A model generated the notes under the pieces. The model was not told the origin of the DNA. It ran no database searches and worked only from the letters and a program-made list of their open reading frames with translations. The translations under genes and the position numbers were made by a program. Shown here one piece after another: positions 48,425-58,989 of a stretch of DNA of 64,000 bases (positions are counted from its first letter, which is position 1; each line of letters opens with the position of its first letter). Source of the DNA: Dehalococcoidia bacterium (GTDB lineage: Bacteria; Chloroflexota; Dehalococcoidia; GIF9; UBA5629); the NCBI GenBank assembly GCA_050011565.1, contig JBEKIW010000004.1, positions 64,001 through 128,000 on the forward strand, read 5' to 3'.

Positions 48425-48576
48425 GCTCGAGCGCATTTCCGTTATTTTTGACACTTTACTGAATAGGTTGTACCATTCTCTGCCCAATGATATGTATTTC
48501 CAACGACCGAGCGAGTCAAGATTCGGATGGCTTTCAGCTATTCGACCTTTCGCGAAGTCTATTTTAAGGAGGACTA

Positions 48577-49353
48577 ATGAAGCGTTATAAATACCTGTTA
48601 TTGTGTCTAACTATTGTCGTGTCTATTGTCTCACTGGGTGGTTGTCTTGTATCATCCTCTACTCAGTCTGAAATCCAACTACCAACCCCAAGCAGTACAC
48701 CGGCGATGCCGCAGATTGGGGCACTGGTTACCTTGCCCAGCTTTGCCGATTTGACGGATACCGTTAAGCGTTCGGTGGTAGCCATTGACACCGAGACCGT
48801 TGTTACCAGAAGATATATTCAGCGCACTATCCCGGGTGCCGGCTCGGGATGGATAATCGATGAAAGCGGCATCATCGTAACCAATAATCATGTAATCGAA
48901 GGTGCACAAACTATTACGGTGGAACTGGAAAACGGTAAGACGTACACTCCAGTAAGCATCAAAACTGACCCCGATTCCGATATAGCGATACTTAAGATTA
49001 ATGCCGGGAAGCTACCGGCTCTCAAAGTTGGTGATGCCTCGAAGCTGAGGGTTGGGGATTGGGTGGTAGCGGTAGGAAACGCGCTGGGAATGGGCATAAG
49101 TGTTAAAGACGGTATCGTCAGTCGTCTCGGCGTGAGCATTCAAATATCTCCAAGTGAAACGTATTCCAATCTAATTGAAACCAATGCCGCAATTAATCCC
49201 GGCAACAGCGGCGGTCCGCTGGTCAACCTGGCGGGAGAGGTAATCGGCATAACCAGCCTGAAACTCGCTATTGGCGGCGTCGAAGGGATGGGATATGCCA
49301 TAAATATAGAAGATGCGCTGCCGGTGATTCAGAGGCTATTCAAATCAATTTAG
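48577..49353 (+). CDS. Trypsin-like (S1C/HtrA) serine protease lipoprotein lacking PDZ
   Basis: Lipobox LGGC; catalytic triad in TNNHV, SDIA and NPGNSGG. Confidence 0.9.
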   Translation: MKRYKYLLLCLTIVVSIVSLGGCLVSSSTQSEIQLPTPSSTPAMPQIGALVTLPSFADLTDTVKRSVVAIDTETVVTRRYIQRTIPGAGSGWIIDESGIIVTNNHVIEGAQTITVELENGKTYTPVSIKTDPDSDIAILKINAGKLPALKVGDASKLRVGDWVVAVGNALGMGISVKDGIVSRLGVSIQISPSETYSNLIETNAAINPGNSGGPLVNLAGEVIGITSLKLAIGGVEGMGYAINIEDALPVIQRLFKSI

Positions 49354-49438
49354 TTTACCCGCTTAAATAGAAGCGATGATTTATGATTCTTGCTAATTGT
49401 GGTAAATTTTAGGCTGAATGAAATCAAAGGAGGGCTAT

Positions 49439-49636
49439 ATGGCGGCAAAAAGTGAATATCAACGGCAGCTAACTATTCTTTTAATATCTTTTCTGGCAGG
49501 CTATTTCGGTCTGGACCGTTTCTACCGGGGAGAAATAGCACTGGGCGTTATTAAGATGATAACATGTGGCGGCCTTGGAGTGTGGTATTTAGTGGATGTA
49601 GCTATTGCTGCCTATCAATTTGGAAAGCTTGACTAA
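49439..49636 (+). CDS. TM2-domain small membrane protein
   Basis: FLAGYFGLDRFYRG...K.ITCGGLGVW..VD; SD GGAGG. Confidence 0.85.
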   Translation: MAAKSEYQRQLTILLISFLAGYFGLDRFYRGEIALGVIKMITCGGLGVWYLVDVAIAAYQFGKLD

Positions 49637-49697
49637 TCCCGAAGCTAACCGTTAAATTAAGGCCTTTTCACCTGAGGGCAGGTGACAGCTAGAGCAA

Positions 49698-49840
49698 AAA
49701 TCCCCCTTAATCCCCCTTTTTCTAAGGGGGAGACGAAGAATAAAAGTTAGAAGTAGGGATTTAAGATCCCCCTTAACCCCCCTTTTCCAAAGGGGGAAAT
49801 AGACCTCTCCCTTTCGTAAAGGGAGATTGAGAGGGATTTT
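49698..49840. repeat. Composite palindromic MITE-like elements (copies 2 and 3)
   Basis: 49765-49840 is nearly identical to 48322-48398; 49698-49762 shares the ends and the first hairpin. Confidence 0.8.
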
Positions 49841-49842
49841 AG

Positions 49843-51132
49843 CTACATTGCCGGGTTCGTGACGTGTCCGAGAAATAAGATCGCCCCTGTTTGAATGTCC
49901 CGAATTAGAAAGATAAAGGGGCGGTCAATGGTCACATCAACAACGTTCAATTGTAACGATGTGGTTGTCATAACAACCGCCGTAGCGGCGGCTGCCTCCG
50001 TGCCGACTTCGTCGACAGAAACAAATGCCTTATGAATCACGTCCGATATGTATAGATCGCGCTTGCCGTCCATGCCTGAAAAATCAGCGTTCTCGGTAAA
50101 AGCCACCGGCATACCCATAGCACTGAGGGCTTTCTTCAGGCTGAAGTCGGAGGAGAATTCGTATTTGGGCATAGTCAACACGACTCGCTTGGAAGCTAAG
50201 CTGGCAATAATTCCGTCGACCTTACCGGCATCCAGAGACCTTTCAAACGTAGTGAACTGGCCGGGCTGAGGCAGCAGAATCACCATGGAAAGCTCGCTTC
50301 CGTCATAGGGCAATTCCACCGCCTGATAATCATCACCTTCTGCATAGGCAAACGATTTTGTCTGTTTCATCATTGGCACGGTGACTTCACTGCCGGAGAG
50401 CAAGTGAAAGGTGCCATCGGCGGTGGCATCTTTCTCGAAGGGGAACTGCCAGGCGGCGTTGAAGTAGATGGCGTTGGTCAGGACCAGGCGGGTCATGGCG
50501 TCGATAGCGCCCGGTGGAATCAGGTCTTTAATCCTGCCTTCCGTCTGGTCGCTTACCCAGTCGTTAATAGTGACGCGCGATGGTTCAGGTGCGTTTATGA
50601 AATCGAGCGTTCTGATGCCGGCGCCGTAGTTCTCAGCCAGGATATCGAGGAACTCCTGGAGAAAGGCGTAGCCCTTTTGTCCCCAGATGGCATTTACGAT
50701 ATTGAGTCTGAAGCCTTTCTCATCCTTGCCTTTGGCGCCCTGGCCACGCTGGCTTAGTTCTATATCCAGGCTATTGAGCGCCGGGTGAAGCAGTTCCTGC
50801 GGCAGAGTATAGTGGAGCGTGTTTGCCATTTGCTGCGCCGTATCGCCGCGGGCGCCGGCATAGGTCATAGCCAGTGCCAGCGAAATGCTGTAGGGTGAAA
50901 AGAAAACGTTTTCATCTCCTTTGATTTGTTGATAGGCGTCAAAGGCAAATGCGTTGTTGCCGTTTACCAGCGCGGCCAGGTCAGCCTGACTGGCGACTGG
51001 AGAAGTTATTCTTTGCTTATCCGATTTTACTGTCTGGCTTACCGGCTGCGCACCAGGCGGCACGATACAGGCTGAACTGCCAATCAACATCATAGCAACT
51101 AAAATAACCGAAACCAGCAAATTGTTTTTCAT
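49843..51132 (-). CDS. Serpin lipoprotein
   Basis: NVFFSPYSI, LTNAIYF, VDEVGTEAAAAT hinge and DRPFIF motifs; lipobox SSAC. Confidence 0.95.
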   Translation of the reverse strand: MKNNLLVSVILVAMMLIGSSACIVPPGAQPVSQTVKSDKQRITSPVASQADLAALVNGNNAFAFDAYQQIKGDENVFFSPYSISLALAMTYAGARGDTAQQMANTLHYTLPQELLHPALNSLDIELSQRGQGAKGKDEKGFRLNIVNAIWGQKGYAFLQEFLDILAENYGAGIRTLDFINAPEPSRVTINDWVSDQTEGRIKDLIPPGAIDAMTRLVLTNAIYFNAAWQFPFEKDATADGTFHLLSGSEVTVPMMKQTKSFAYAEGDDYQAVELPYDGSELSMVILLPQPGQFTTFERSLDAGKVDGIIASLASKRVVLTMPKYEFSSDFSLKKALSAMGMPVAFTENADFSGMDGKRDLYISDVIHKAFVSVDEVGTEAAAATAVVMTTTSLQLNVVDVTIDRPFIFLIRDIQTGAILFLGHVTNPAM

Positions 51133-51220
51133 GTTTTATTCCCTCCTAGTCTACTCTATCACCATGAATAACGAAGCGGCCTGGCAAAGGTTTAGCAAGC
51201 CACAGTGCGCAGGCGGTTTC

Positions 51221-51655
51221 TCAAGGTACACATATGATTTCCGGCTCGTGTTCCGGCTGCGGACGGGCACCTCCTTCAGCGAAGATGTGTACCGCCTGAT
51301 AAACATAGCACGCCCTGGACTTACACATACCATCCTCAAGGCAGATTTCCCTCAGAATTTCATCAGCCCGCTGCCGGTGAACCCTATAATCGAGGACGCC
51401 TTCCCGCATCAACTGATACAGGGCGTCGTGAACGAGAGAGCCACGCATGAAGTCTCTGGTATCGATGGTCGGTCCGCTGGGCCCGTCCCAGGCATAATAC
51501 TTGTTGATAGATAAAATCCCCTGCGGGGACAAGGACAGGAATTTAGCCAGTTTGCGCCTGATAGCCTTGAGAGGTTTGAGGTCGATTTTAATCGTGTAGT
51601 CTTTCATCACCTGGTACTTATAACTCGTCAGGTTCCTATAACAAACCTTTGACAT
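51221..51655 (-). CDS. DUF1353-like protein
   Basis: YAWDG.SGP, SLVHDALYQ and AD..L motifs; SD AGGAGG favours the ATG at 51655. Confidence 0.65.
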   Translation of the reverse strand: MSKVCYRNLTSYKYQVMKDYTIKIDLKPLKAIRRKLAKFLSLSPQGILSINKYYAWDGPSGPTIDTRDFMRGSLVHDALYQLMREGVLDYRVHRQRADEILREICLEDGMCKSRACYVYQAVHIFAEGGARPQPEHEPEIICVP

Positions 51656-51722
51656 GTTCACCACCTCCTATATTCCTTCAGTAACAGTGCCTTGTACGGC
51701 TCGCCTAAGAGGATTCATAAAT

Positions 51723-52670
51723 CTAGGTAACAGACTCCAGCACCTCTTGTATGGCTCTCTCTGTCAATTGCAGGAATGTATCATACGCTCCTAAATCCAA
51801 TTTCCCTTCCGCTATAATTTTACCGATAGGTCTATCCATAATGTTGGCTATAATATACTGACACAATGGGTCCATTAATTTCAGTGCCCAAAGTTCCCTC
51901 TCTGTAGGCGGCTCAATTATCTTCAGTTCCTCGGCTACTTTCAAATCCCATGGAATACTATTTTTCACATCCTCAACGTCTGCCTCATCCTGCCAGGGGA
52001 ATACCTCAGCTAAATACAGCACATGGGTATGAGGGTCGAATCTGAAAACTCCTCTGTCAGTGACCACGGCTGAAGGTCCTCCTCCAACTAAATTCGCCTT
52101 CTTCCTGGCATCGGGACTGCCATCGAGGAAACCTGCCTCGGTCATGTAGTCGAGTTTTTCCACCCATTGCCTTGGGTTAAACTCCGCGGTATACACTATT
52201 CTCCCCGCCGATGATGCTATGTCGGCTCCGCCGCCGCTACCATTCATCTTCATTTGTCGTCCAATTATATAACTAACATTAACATTTCCAAACATATCCA
52301 TTTGGGCAAACCCCAGATAAGACATATCAATAAAGCCCGATTGTTGGTCTATGAACGTCTCAGGAAGGCCCTGATGACACATAGCCATGGCGCCTGCCGA
52401 GTTATCAGCCGGGCTGATCAGGACGGAAACGCTGGCAAATCCCACATATCCTGCCTCGGCCACCAGTACTACATTTGGCGTATGTACCAGCTTGGCTATG
52501 GCACCGGCGAGGTCCGAAATGCCAATGCCAACAAACACAGTCTCTCTATCTTCCACTTCCCTTGACCCGGCGCAGCATACCAGCACCGGCGGCTCATATC
52601 TCTTCTTCATTGCATCGAGCTGCCGCCGTGAATATTTCTCTCGCGTGGTATATAAATGTCCCATTTTCAT
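51723..52670 (-). CDS. Class I CoA-transferase beta subunit (glutaconate CoA-transferase B-like)
   Basis: VFVGIG, AEAG (catalytic Glu), AQMDMFGNVN, GSGGGADIAS and VVTD.GV motifs. Confidence 0.85.
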   Translation of the reverse strand: MKMGHLYTTREKYSRRQLDAMKKRYEPPVLVCCAGSREVEDRETVFVGIGISDLAGAIAKLVHTPNVVLVAEAGYVGFASVSVLISPADNSAGAMAMCHQGLPETFIDQQSGFIDMSYLGFAQMDMFGNVNVSYIIGRQMKMNGSGGGADIASSAGRIVYTAEFNPRQWVEKLDYMTEAGFLDGSPDARKKANLVGGGPSAVVTDRGVFRFDPHTHVLYLAEVFPWQDEADVEDVKNSIPWDLKVAEELKIIEPPTERELWALKLMDPLCQYIIANIMDRPIGKIIAEGKLDLGAYDTFLQLTERAIQEVLESVT

Positions 52671-52698
52671 ACCTCTCTTATATTTTTATTAATATCCC

Positions 52699-53751
52699 TC
52701 ACCCGGGTATATTGTTTAGCTTATGTTCTGCTTTAGCCAGTCTATCCAGTTTTTCCCATCCTATCTTGTCGCAATATCCGAAGTGAGTTTTGGGGCCATA
52801 AACCCATTCATCGATCCACTTCAAAGCTCCTTCGCGACTCTGCCTCTGTAGTAAGAGTGACACGAAGCTTAGACCGTCCATTGTATAGCATCCAAAGCAA
52901 CCTGCAGGATGGCAATTAAAGGGAAGGTGGACAACGGCATCGGTGCAATAGGCTGGTATCACCGTCAGCCCCGGGTTCTCATATATCTTTTCGGTGGGAA
53001 CAATTTCCTCAGCAAGCAGCACTACATGTTTAGCTGCCCTGGCTTTCCAGTAATCCGTTCCTTTAAAGCCCCATATCTGACCATTTCCTCTTCGGTCTGC
53101 CTTCTGAACTGAGATGAAGGCGACATCCGGTTTGTAAGCCGGGATAAGCAGCAGCGGCTTGTTCTCATACGGGTCATTTATGACCTTGATATCTTTATTG
53201 TATTTGGGGATATCGGTGCCAAGTGAGGAGCGGCAGGGCATGAAGGGGACATTGATTGCCCCGGCCATGAGTCTCAGCGAAATTTCAAAATTCGTCCAGT
53301 CTACGATCTTGAGCCAGGGTAAATCAGACTTAACCTTATCTTTCGGCGTGGCTAAAACACCACCCGCCTCAACCGGGCGCGGTACACCCTCCTTTATACC
53401 GCGCTCCAGCGCCGGCGTGCCGGAAATACCACCCACCTGGCGCGTCATGTTATACGCTATATCTATCCTATCGAGCACCCCCAACTCTACCAGCAGGTCT
53501 ATACCCTCAAAATTTCCGCTCTCATCTATAATAGATAAATTTTTCTTTCCTTGACGTGCTATCTCCCTCATAATGGCTTCAGGCTGCCTGCACATGACAA
53601 AACCACCTATACAAAATGAATCTCCATCATGCAGAAACGTTTCCACTGCTTCCTTCTCCGTCATCACCTTACGCAATCTCTTTTTGTAATGTGCGTCTTT
53701 GGCTCTCTCCTCATAATTTATTGTTTCAAGCCCTTTTATTGCCATTTTCAC
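52699..53751 (-). CDS. Class I CoA-transferase alpha subunit (GctA-like)
   Basis: EAV...HDGD..IGGF, REIARQG, R..LGTD, PDVA.I.VQ.AD..GN and AEEIV motifs. Confidence 0.85.
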   Translation of the reverse strand: MKMAIKGLETINYEERAKDAHYKKRLRKVMTEKEAVETFLHDGDSFCIGGFVMCRQPEAIMREIARQGKKNLSIIDESGNFEGIDLLVELGVLDRIDIAYNMTRQVGGISGTPALERGIKEGVPRPVEAGGVLATPKDKVKSDLPWLKIVDWTNFEISLRLMAGAINVPFMPCRSSLGTDIPKYNKDIKVINDPYENKPLLLIPAYKPDVAFISVQKADRRGNGQIWGFKGTDYWKARAAKHVVLLAEEIVPTEKIYENPGLTVIPAYCTDAVVHLPFNCHPAGCFGCYTMDGLSFVSLLLQRQSREGALKWIDEWVYGPKTHFGYCDKIGWEKLDRLAKAEHKLNNIPG

Positions 53752-53947
53752 AATGCCCCCTTTTATAAATTTTCTAGAAACTAGATTATCCAGTAGCTTT
53801 AAGGTTTTTTACTTCGATGGAGAACACCTGGTTTCTGGAATACCATGAGTTAGATAATCCGGTATCGACTTCAGGTGGGTTATACTATATCTCGCCAGCT
53901 TGTGATTACTGAGCTACTCAGGTTGTCACTACTAGGTCTTCTACGAA

Positions 53948-54024
53948 TGGTCGGGGTGGCCGGATTCGAACCGGCGACCACCTGAACCCCATTCAGGTGC
54001 GCTACCAGGCTGCGCTACACCCCG
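53948..54024 (-). tRNA. tRNA-Pro(GGG), CCA encoded
   Basis: Minus strand CGGGGTGTAGCGCAGCCTGGTAGCGCACCTGAATGGGGTTCAGG...GGTTCGAATCC...CACCCCGACCA. Confidence 0.97.
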
Positions 54025-54119
54025 CGTGGCTTTGAATTAGTCAATATGGTATCATAAGTCCCTAATTAGAACAATCCAGGTTTAGCTTCAGTTAGTTTAA
54101 GCAGGAGAGGGTTCGAAAG

Positions 54120-55394
54120 TTGGCTAAGAAACATATTAAAACCGAAGTAAAACCGCTGCCTACCAAGCGGCAGTTGTCCAGGCACCGTCGCCAGCAGCGT
54201 ATCCAGCACATCATTTACATTGCCGGGACCGTATTTTTAGCTTTGCTCATTGCTTTCGTCGCCTATGGATACTGGGACGTTCAGATTAAACCGTTTCATC
54301 AGCCGGCGGCGAAAATTAATGGTACCACCTATGATATGGGCTATTACGTAAAGATGCTTGAGCTTTATAGTAAAGGGCAGGATGCTTCCCAGACCGCGAC
54401 CATGGCAGATAACCTTATCAAAGTCATGCAATATAACGAGGCAGTGGCTAGGTCAGCGCCGGAAGTCGGTATAAGTGTTAGCAATGATGAGATAAATAGC
54501 ACTTTGAAGACTTTGACACTTCCAAATGAGAAGGTGTACAGGGACGCAATTGGTTCTACAACTCTGGCAAACAAATTAGTTCAGAACTATTTTGATAAGG
54601 AAGTGCCGACCAGCACCGAACAGGTGGAGGTCCAGGCATTGTTCGTGGAAAGCGCCGATGTAGCCGACAAGCTAGCAGCCAGGATTGCGGCAGGAGATAA
54701 TTTTACGGCACTGGCGGAGGAATATTCGCTGGAACCGATTACTAAGGATAATGGCGGGAACCTGGGCTGGCTGCCTAAAGGTTTCGCCGATATGTTGCTG
54801 GGGAATTTAGGCAATTCGGCGCTCAAGGACCTTCCATTTACACTTGAGCCGGGACAGCTCAGCCAGCCGACTTTTGATGGGATGGTCAGTAAATCAATCG
54901 GTTACTGGGTGGTGCTAGTGACTGAAAAGGACCCTACAAAGGGTAGCCATGTCAGGGCTATTCTAACAGGAAGCCGGCATGATGCCGAGGCGATAAGAGC
55001 CAAGATAGTTGCCGGGGAGGATTTTGCGAGTCTGGTTAAAACCTATTCGCAGGATTACACTAGCGCTTCCGATAATGGCGATATGGGCTGGACGGGAGAA
55101 GGTACAATCACCAACAGGCTGGTTAGGGGGATGGCAGTGCCTCTCGAAATTGGCGCTGTAAGTCAACCGGCGGCTGATAGCTCTGTTCAAACCCTGGGAG
55201 GTTTTTGGCTGGTCAGAGTGTTGAACAAAGATGAAAACCGGGTGCTGGATGACAGTACCAGGCAAACGCTGAGAACGGGACTCTTTGAAAAATGGATGAC
55301 TGAGAAAATGAAGGATGATTCGGTGGAAACGTTACTAACCGAAGACCAGAAAGCGTGGGCAATAAACCTCGTTGTTAAGAGCAGGGGTCAATAA
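54120..55394 (+). CDS. Membrane-anchored parvulin-type peptidyl-prolyl isomerase (two PPIase domains)
   Basis: N-terminal TM helix; F..LA.EYS....GG.LGW and F..LVK.YS.D..GDMGW. Confidence 0.8.
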   Translation: MAKKHIKTEVKPLPTKRQLSRHRRQQRIQHIIYIAGTVFLALLIAFVAYGYWDVQIKPFHQPAAKINGTTYDMGYYVKMLELYSKGQDASQTATMADNLIKVMQYNEAVARSAPEVGISVSNDEINSTLKTLTLPNEKVYRDAIGSTTLANKLVQNYFDKEVPTSTEQVEVQALFVESADVADKLAARIAAGDNFTALAEEYSLEPITKDNGGNLGWLPKGFADMLLGNLGNSALKDLPFTLEPGQLSQPTFDGMVSKSIGYWVVLVTEKDPTKGSHVRAILTGSRHDAEAIRAKIVAGEDFASLVKTYSQDYTSASDNGDMGWTGEGTITNRLVRGMAVPLEIGAVSQPAADSSVQTLGGFWLVRVLNKDENRVLDDSTRQTLRTGLFEKWMTEKMKDDSVETLLTEDQKAWAINLVVKSRGQ

Positions 55395-55396
55395 CT

Positions 55397-56695
55397 ATGG
55401 CGGCCAGGAAGAGTATTAATATCGGTTTGATGGGGTTGGGTGTAATCGGCGGTGGCATGGTCAAGGTCCTGATGAATAAACCGGACACTTTGGCCAGAGA
55501 AGCCGGCAGCAAGCTGGTTCTTAAAAAGGTGTTGGAGAAGGACCTGGCTAAGCATGGCGCATTAGGCGTCGACCGCGCTATTTTTACCACAAGGGTCGAA
55601 GACCTGGTGGAGAACCCGGAAATAGACGTAATCGTGGAGCTTATGGGCGGCGAACATCCTGCCTTTGAATATATAAGGGACGCTCTAGCCCATGGCAAGC
55701 ATGTGGTTACCGCCAACAAAGAGGTCATGTCCAAGCACTGGGCGGAGCTTTTGACTGCAGCTCGTGACCATAACGCTTGTCTTCGCTATGAGGCAAGCGT
55801 TGGCGGAGGCATACCTCTAATTGCTCCCTTCCAGGAAGACCTGGTGGCTAACGATGTTTCAGCTATCTACGCCATCGTAAACGGCACTACCAACTATATT
55901 TTGACTCGAATGGCCAAGGAAGGGCTGGATTTTGCCGTGGCTTTGAAAAATGCGCAGGAATTAGGCTATGCCGAGGCTAACCCGACAAATGATATAGAAG
56001 GAATAGATGCGGCTTATAAGCTGGCTATATTAACGACCATAGCTTTCGGTACCGAAGTAAAGCCGGACAATGTGTATCACGAGGGAATTTCGCGGCTTCA
56101 GGCCCGTGATTTTCGCTATGCACGTGAACTGGGCTATGCCATAAAGCTGCTGGCTATTGCCAAAGGAAATAAGGATTCCATCGAAGCTCGTGTTCACCCT
56201 GTCTTTATACCGGAGGACTCGCTGCTGGCCAAGGTAGACGGAGTTTATAATGCCATTTTGGTCGAAGGCGACCTGGTCGGACAGGTTATCTTCTATGGTG
56301 AGGGAGCCGGTCCCAGGGCAACTTCGAGTGCCGTTGTTTCGGATATAATCAAGATAGCCCAGGATATTAATAACGGGAAACCCAGTGCACCGAGATTGCC
56401 TTTTGCCAGCGGGCGGACTGTTATGCCCATGGCCGAGATAAAGACTCGATACTATATGAGGATGAGCGTGGCTGACCAGCCGGGAGTTTTAGCACAGATT
56501 TCCAGGATACTGGGCGACCATGCCATCAGTATTTCTTCAGTGATTCAGAAGGAGACCGACGCGTCTACCAGGGTTGCCGAGATTGTGATAATGACTCATC
56601 CGGCGGAAGAGCAGGCAGTTCAGCAGGCGCTTAAAGAGACCAAGCATCTGGGTGTGGTCAAAGAAATCAGCAACTTCGTCAGAGTTGAGGCTTAG
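55397..56695 (+). CDS. hom: Homoserine dehydrogenase (with ACT domain)
   Basis: [29 protein letters not shown] and DQPGVLA motifs. Confidence 0.97.
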   Translation: MAARKSINIGLMGLGVIGGGMVKVLMNKPDTLAREAGSKLVLKKVLEKDLAKHGALGVDRAIFTTRVEDLVENPEIDVIVELMGGEHPAFEYIRDALAHGKHVVTANKEVMSKHWAELLTAARDHNACLRYEASVGGGIPLIAPFQEDLVANDVSAIYAIVNGTTNYILTRMAKEGLDFAVALKNAQELGYAEANPTNDIEGIDAAYKLAILTTIAFGTEVKPDNVYHEGISRLQARDFRYARELGYAIKLLAIAKGNKDSIEARVHPVFIPEDSLLAKVDGVYNAILVEGDLVGQVIFYGEGAGPRATSSAVVSDIIKIAQDINNGKPSAPRLPFASGRTVMPMAEIKTRYYMRMSVADQPGVLAQISRILGDHAISISSVIQKETDASTRVAEIVIMTHPAEEQAVQQALKETKHLGVVKEISNFVRVEA

Positions 56696-56703
56696 GTGTA
56701 ACC

Positions 56704-57756
56704 ATGGAACGCGGAGTTTTGTTCAGATACCGTGATTTGCTACCGGTTACTCAAGCCACGCCCATGATAACCCTGGGTGAGGGCAGTACCCCCCTGGTCA
56801 GGTCGCTTTACCTGGAGAAGGAGCTTGGCTGCGGCGGGCTTTATTTTAAGCTCGAGGGGTGTAATCCTACCGGCTCTTTCAAGGACCGGGGCATGGTGGT
56901 GGCTATAGCCAAGGCTGTGGAAGAAGGCAGTCGCAGCGTCATTTGTGCGTCTACCGGAAATACCAGCGCCTCGGCTGCTGCCTACGGAGCCAGATTCGGC
57001 CTCGATGTGGTGGTTATGGTGCCCAAAGGTAAGATAGCCCTGGGTAAGATGGCTCAGGCGATTGCTTACGGGGCCAAGATTATCGCCGTACAGGGCAACT
57101 TCGACCAGGCGCTGCAGATAGTCCGCAGCCTGGCGGAAAAGCATCCGGTTACGCTGGTCAATTCGCTAAACCCGTATAGAATTCAAGGTCAGAAGACGGC
57201 GGCGTTTGAGATTGTGGATGATTTGGGTGATGCTCCCGACTACTTTTTTATCCCCGTTGGTAATGCCGGAAATATTACCGCCTACTGGAAAGGTTTTGTA
57301 GAATACAAAAAGGCGGGCAGGGCTAGCCGGACTCCGAAGATGATGGGCTTTCAGGCTGAAGGTGCCGCGCCCATAGTCAAGGGCAAGGTCATCGACAGGC
57401 CGAAAACCTTAGCGACGGCAATCCGCATCGGTAACCCAGCCAGCTGGAAGGGGGCAGTGGCGGCTCGAGATGAATCCGGCGGCGTAATCGATTCAGTGAC
57501 TGACGATGAGATTCTGGCTGCCTATAAGCTTCTGGCGAGGAAGGAAGGCGTTTTCGGCGAACCGGCCTCAGCGGCGTCGGTGGCCGGGCTTATCAAGATG
57601 GTCAAACAGGGGTTGAATCTTTCCGGTAAAAAAGTGGTCTGTATCATCACCGGCACCGGGCTGAAAGACCCAAACCTGCCGGCAAAGTTCGCCGAGCCTT
57701 TTCCAGAATTGCCCGCTGACATAAAAGCAGTTGAGCGAACCTTAGGGTGGAGTTGA
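56704..57756 (+). CDS. thrC: Threonine synthase
   Basis: [17 protein letters not shown] and PVGNAGN motifs. Confidence 0.96.
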   Translation: MERGVLFRYRDLLPVTQATPMITLGEGSTPLVRSLYLEKELGCGGLYFKLEGCNPTGSFKDRGMVVAIAKAVEEGSRSVICASTGNTSASAAAYGARFGLDVVVMVPKGKIALGKMAQAIAYGAKIIAVQGNFDQALQIVRSLAEKHPVTLVNSLNPYRIQGQKTAAFEIVDDLGDAPDYFFIPVGNAGNITAYWKGFVEYKKAGRASRTPKMMGFQAEGAAPIVKGKVIDRPKTLATAIRIGNPASWKGAVAARDESGGVIDSVTDDEILAAYKLLARKEGVFGEPASAASVAGLIKMVKQGLNLSGKKVVCIITGTGLKDPNLPAKFAEPFPELPADIKAVERTLGWS

Positions 57757-57781
57757 CATTAGCCGCCACCGCAAGTATAAA
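57753..57781 (+). promoter_or_regulatory. Internal promoter overlapping the thrC stop
   Basis: TTGACA-17 bp-TATAAA, ending 11 nt before the ATG at 57793. Confidence 0.6.
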
Positions 57782-57792
57782 GAGACCTGCCA

Positions 57793-58371
57793 ATGCCTAG
57801 AGTAAGAACAGCCAGCGTCGGTGAATTCTATCAGCATTATCCCAAAGTAGCGGCTATACTTACGGTAAACGCCGGAGGCAAGAAGAACGCCATGGCCGCC
57901 GCCTGGCACAGCGCCATTTCCTATAAGCCTCCGCTTTATGGAGTGGCTGTATCACCCAAGAGGTATACTTATAAACTTATCGTAGAATCCGGAGAGTTCG
58001 GCATTAACTTCATGCCCTTTGAAGCTGCCGAGCTTATCGCTTCGGTCGGCGGCAGCGGCGGCAGTGAAATGGATAAGTTTCGTAAGTTTAATGTAGCGGA
58101 AGAGAAGCCCTTGAAAACGACGGTGCCAATACTGAGAGAGGCATATGCCGCTTATGAGTGCAAACTTGTGGATAATAAAACCTATGGCGACCATGCCTGG
58201 ATGGTGGGTGAAATTGTGGCGGTGCATTTTACCGACGATTTATTCACTGACAAGGGAACACTTGATGTTAGCAAGCTGAATCCGGCGCTTTATCTGGGAG
58301 CTGAACTTTACATAACTGCTAAGAGAGAATCGGTTCGATTGCTGGACCGGGAGACTTACGGAAGGCGTTAG
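57793..58371 (+). CDS. Flavin reductase-like (flavoredoxin) protein
   Basis: NAM.AAW...S.KPP, SGEF.IN, YECK and GDH..VGEI motifs. Confidence 0.85.
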   Translation: MPRVRTASVGEFYQHYPKVAAILTVNAGGKKNAMAAAWHSAISYKPPLYGVAVSPKRYTYKLIVESGEFGINFMPFEAAELIASVGGSGGSEMDKFRKFNVAEEKPLKTTVPILREAYAAYECKLVDNKTYGDHAWMVGEIVAVHFTDDLFTDKGTLDVSKLNPALYLGAELYITAKRESVRLLDRETYGRR

Positions 58372-58399
58372 AAAAAAGTTATCTAAGAGGAGGGCAGCA

Positions 58400-58966
58400 G
58401 TGGTTGACATGCCTAAGATCGAAGCCGCGGTACTTTCTATAATTAAGGCCATCGGGGAGGACCCTCAAAGGGAAGGCCTGCGGGATACGCCGCAGCGCAT
58501 TGCTGACATGTATACTGAGCTTTTTTCGGGTTTGAATATGGATGCCAAAGCGGAGTTGACCGTGGGTTTTGAGGTGGGACATCATGAAATGGTGATACTC
58601 AGAGATATTCCTTTTTACTCTATGTGCGAGCATCATTTTTTACCGTTTTATGGAGTGGCTCATGTGGGCTATATTCCCAGTGAAGAGGGGCGGGTTGTCG
58701 GGGTGAGCAAGCTGGCGCGGGTAGTGGATATCTTTGCTAAACGGCTTCAATTGCAGGAGCGGATGACGTCACAGATTGCCGATGCCATTTGCGAAGCTCT
58801 GCAACCGGACGGTGTGGCGGTGGTCATTCAAGCCGAGCATTTATGCATGACCATGCGCGGCATTAAGAAGCCGGGGAGCAACGTTATAACTTCGGCCACC
58901 AGGGGACTTTTCCGCAGCAGAGCGGCCACACGCGCCGAGTTCCTGTCGTTAGTCCAAGGCAGATAA
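58400..58966 (+). CDS. folE: GTP cyclohydrolase I
   Basis: [23 protein letters not shown] and EHLCM.MRG motifs. Confidence 0.97.
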   Translation: MVDMPKIEAAVLSIIKAIGEDPQREGLRDTPQRIADMYTELFSGLNMDAKAELTVGFEVGHHEMVILRDIPFYSMCEHHFLPFYGVAHVGYIPSEEGRVVGVSKLARVVDIFAKRLQLQERMTSQIADAICEALQPDGVAVVIQAEHLCMTMRGIKKPGSNVITSATRGLFRSRAATRAEFLSLVQGR

Positions 58967-58989
58967 TTTATTCATGGCGCAGGGACTCG

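Noticed and set aside
48322-49840. CRISPR array
   Set aside because: No regular repeat-spacer periodicity and no cas genes; these are composite palindromes. No CRISPR array was seen anywhere in the window.
27840-53947. Prophage or ICE with att sites
   Set aside because: No integrase, structural or conjugation genes, and no duplicated tRNA 3' end noticed.
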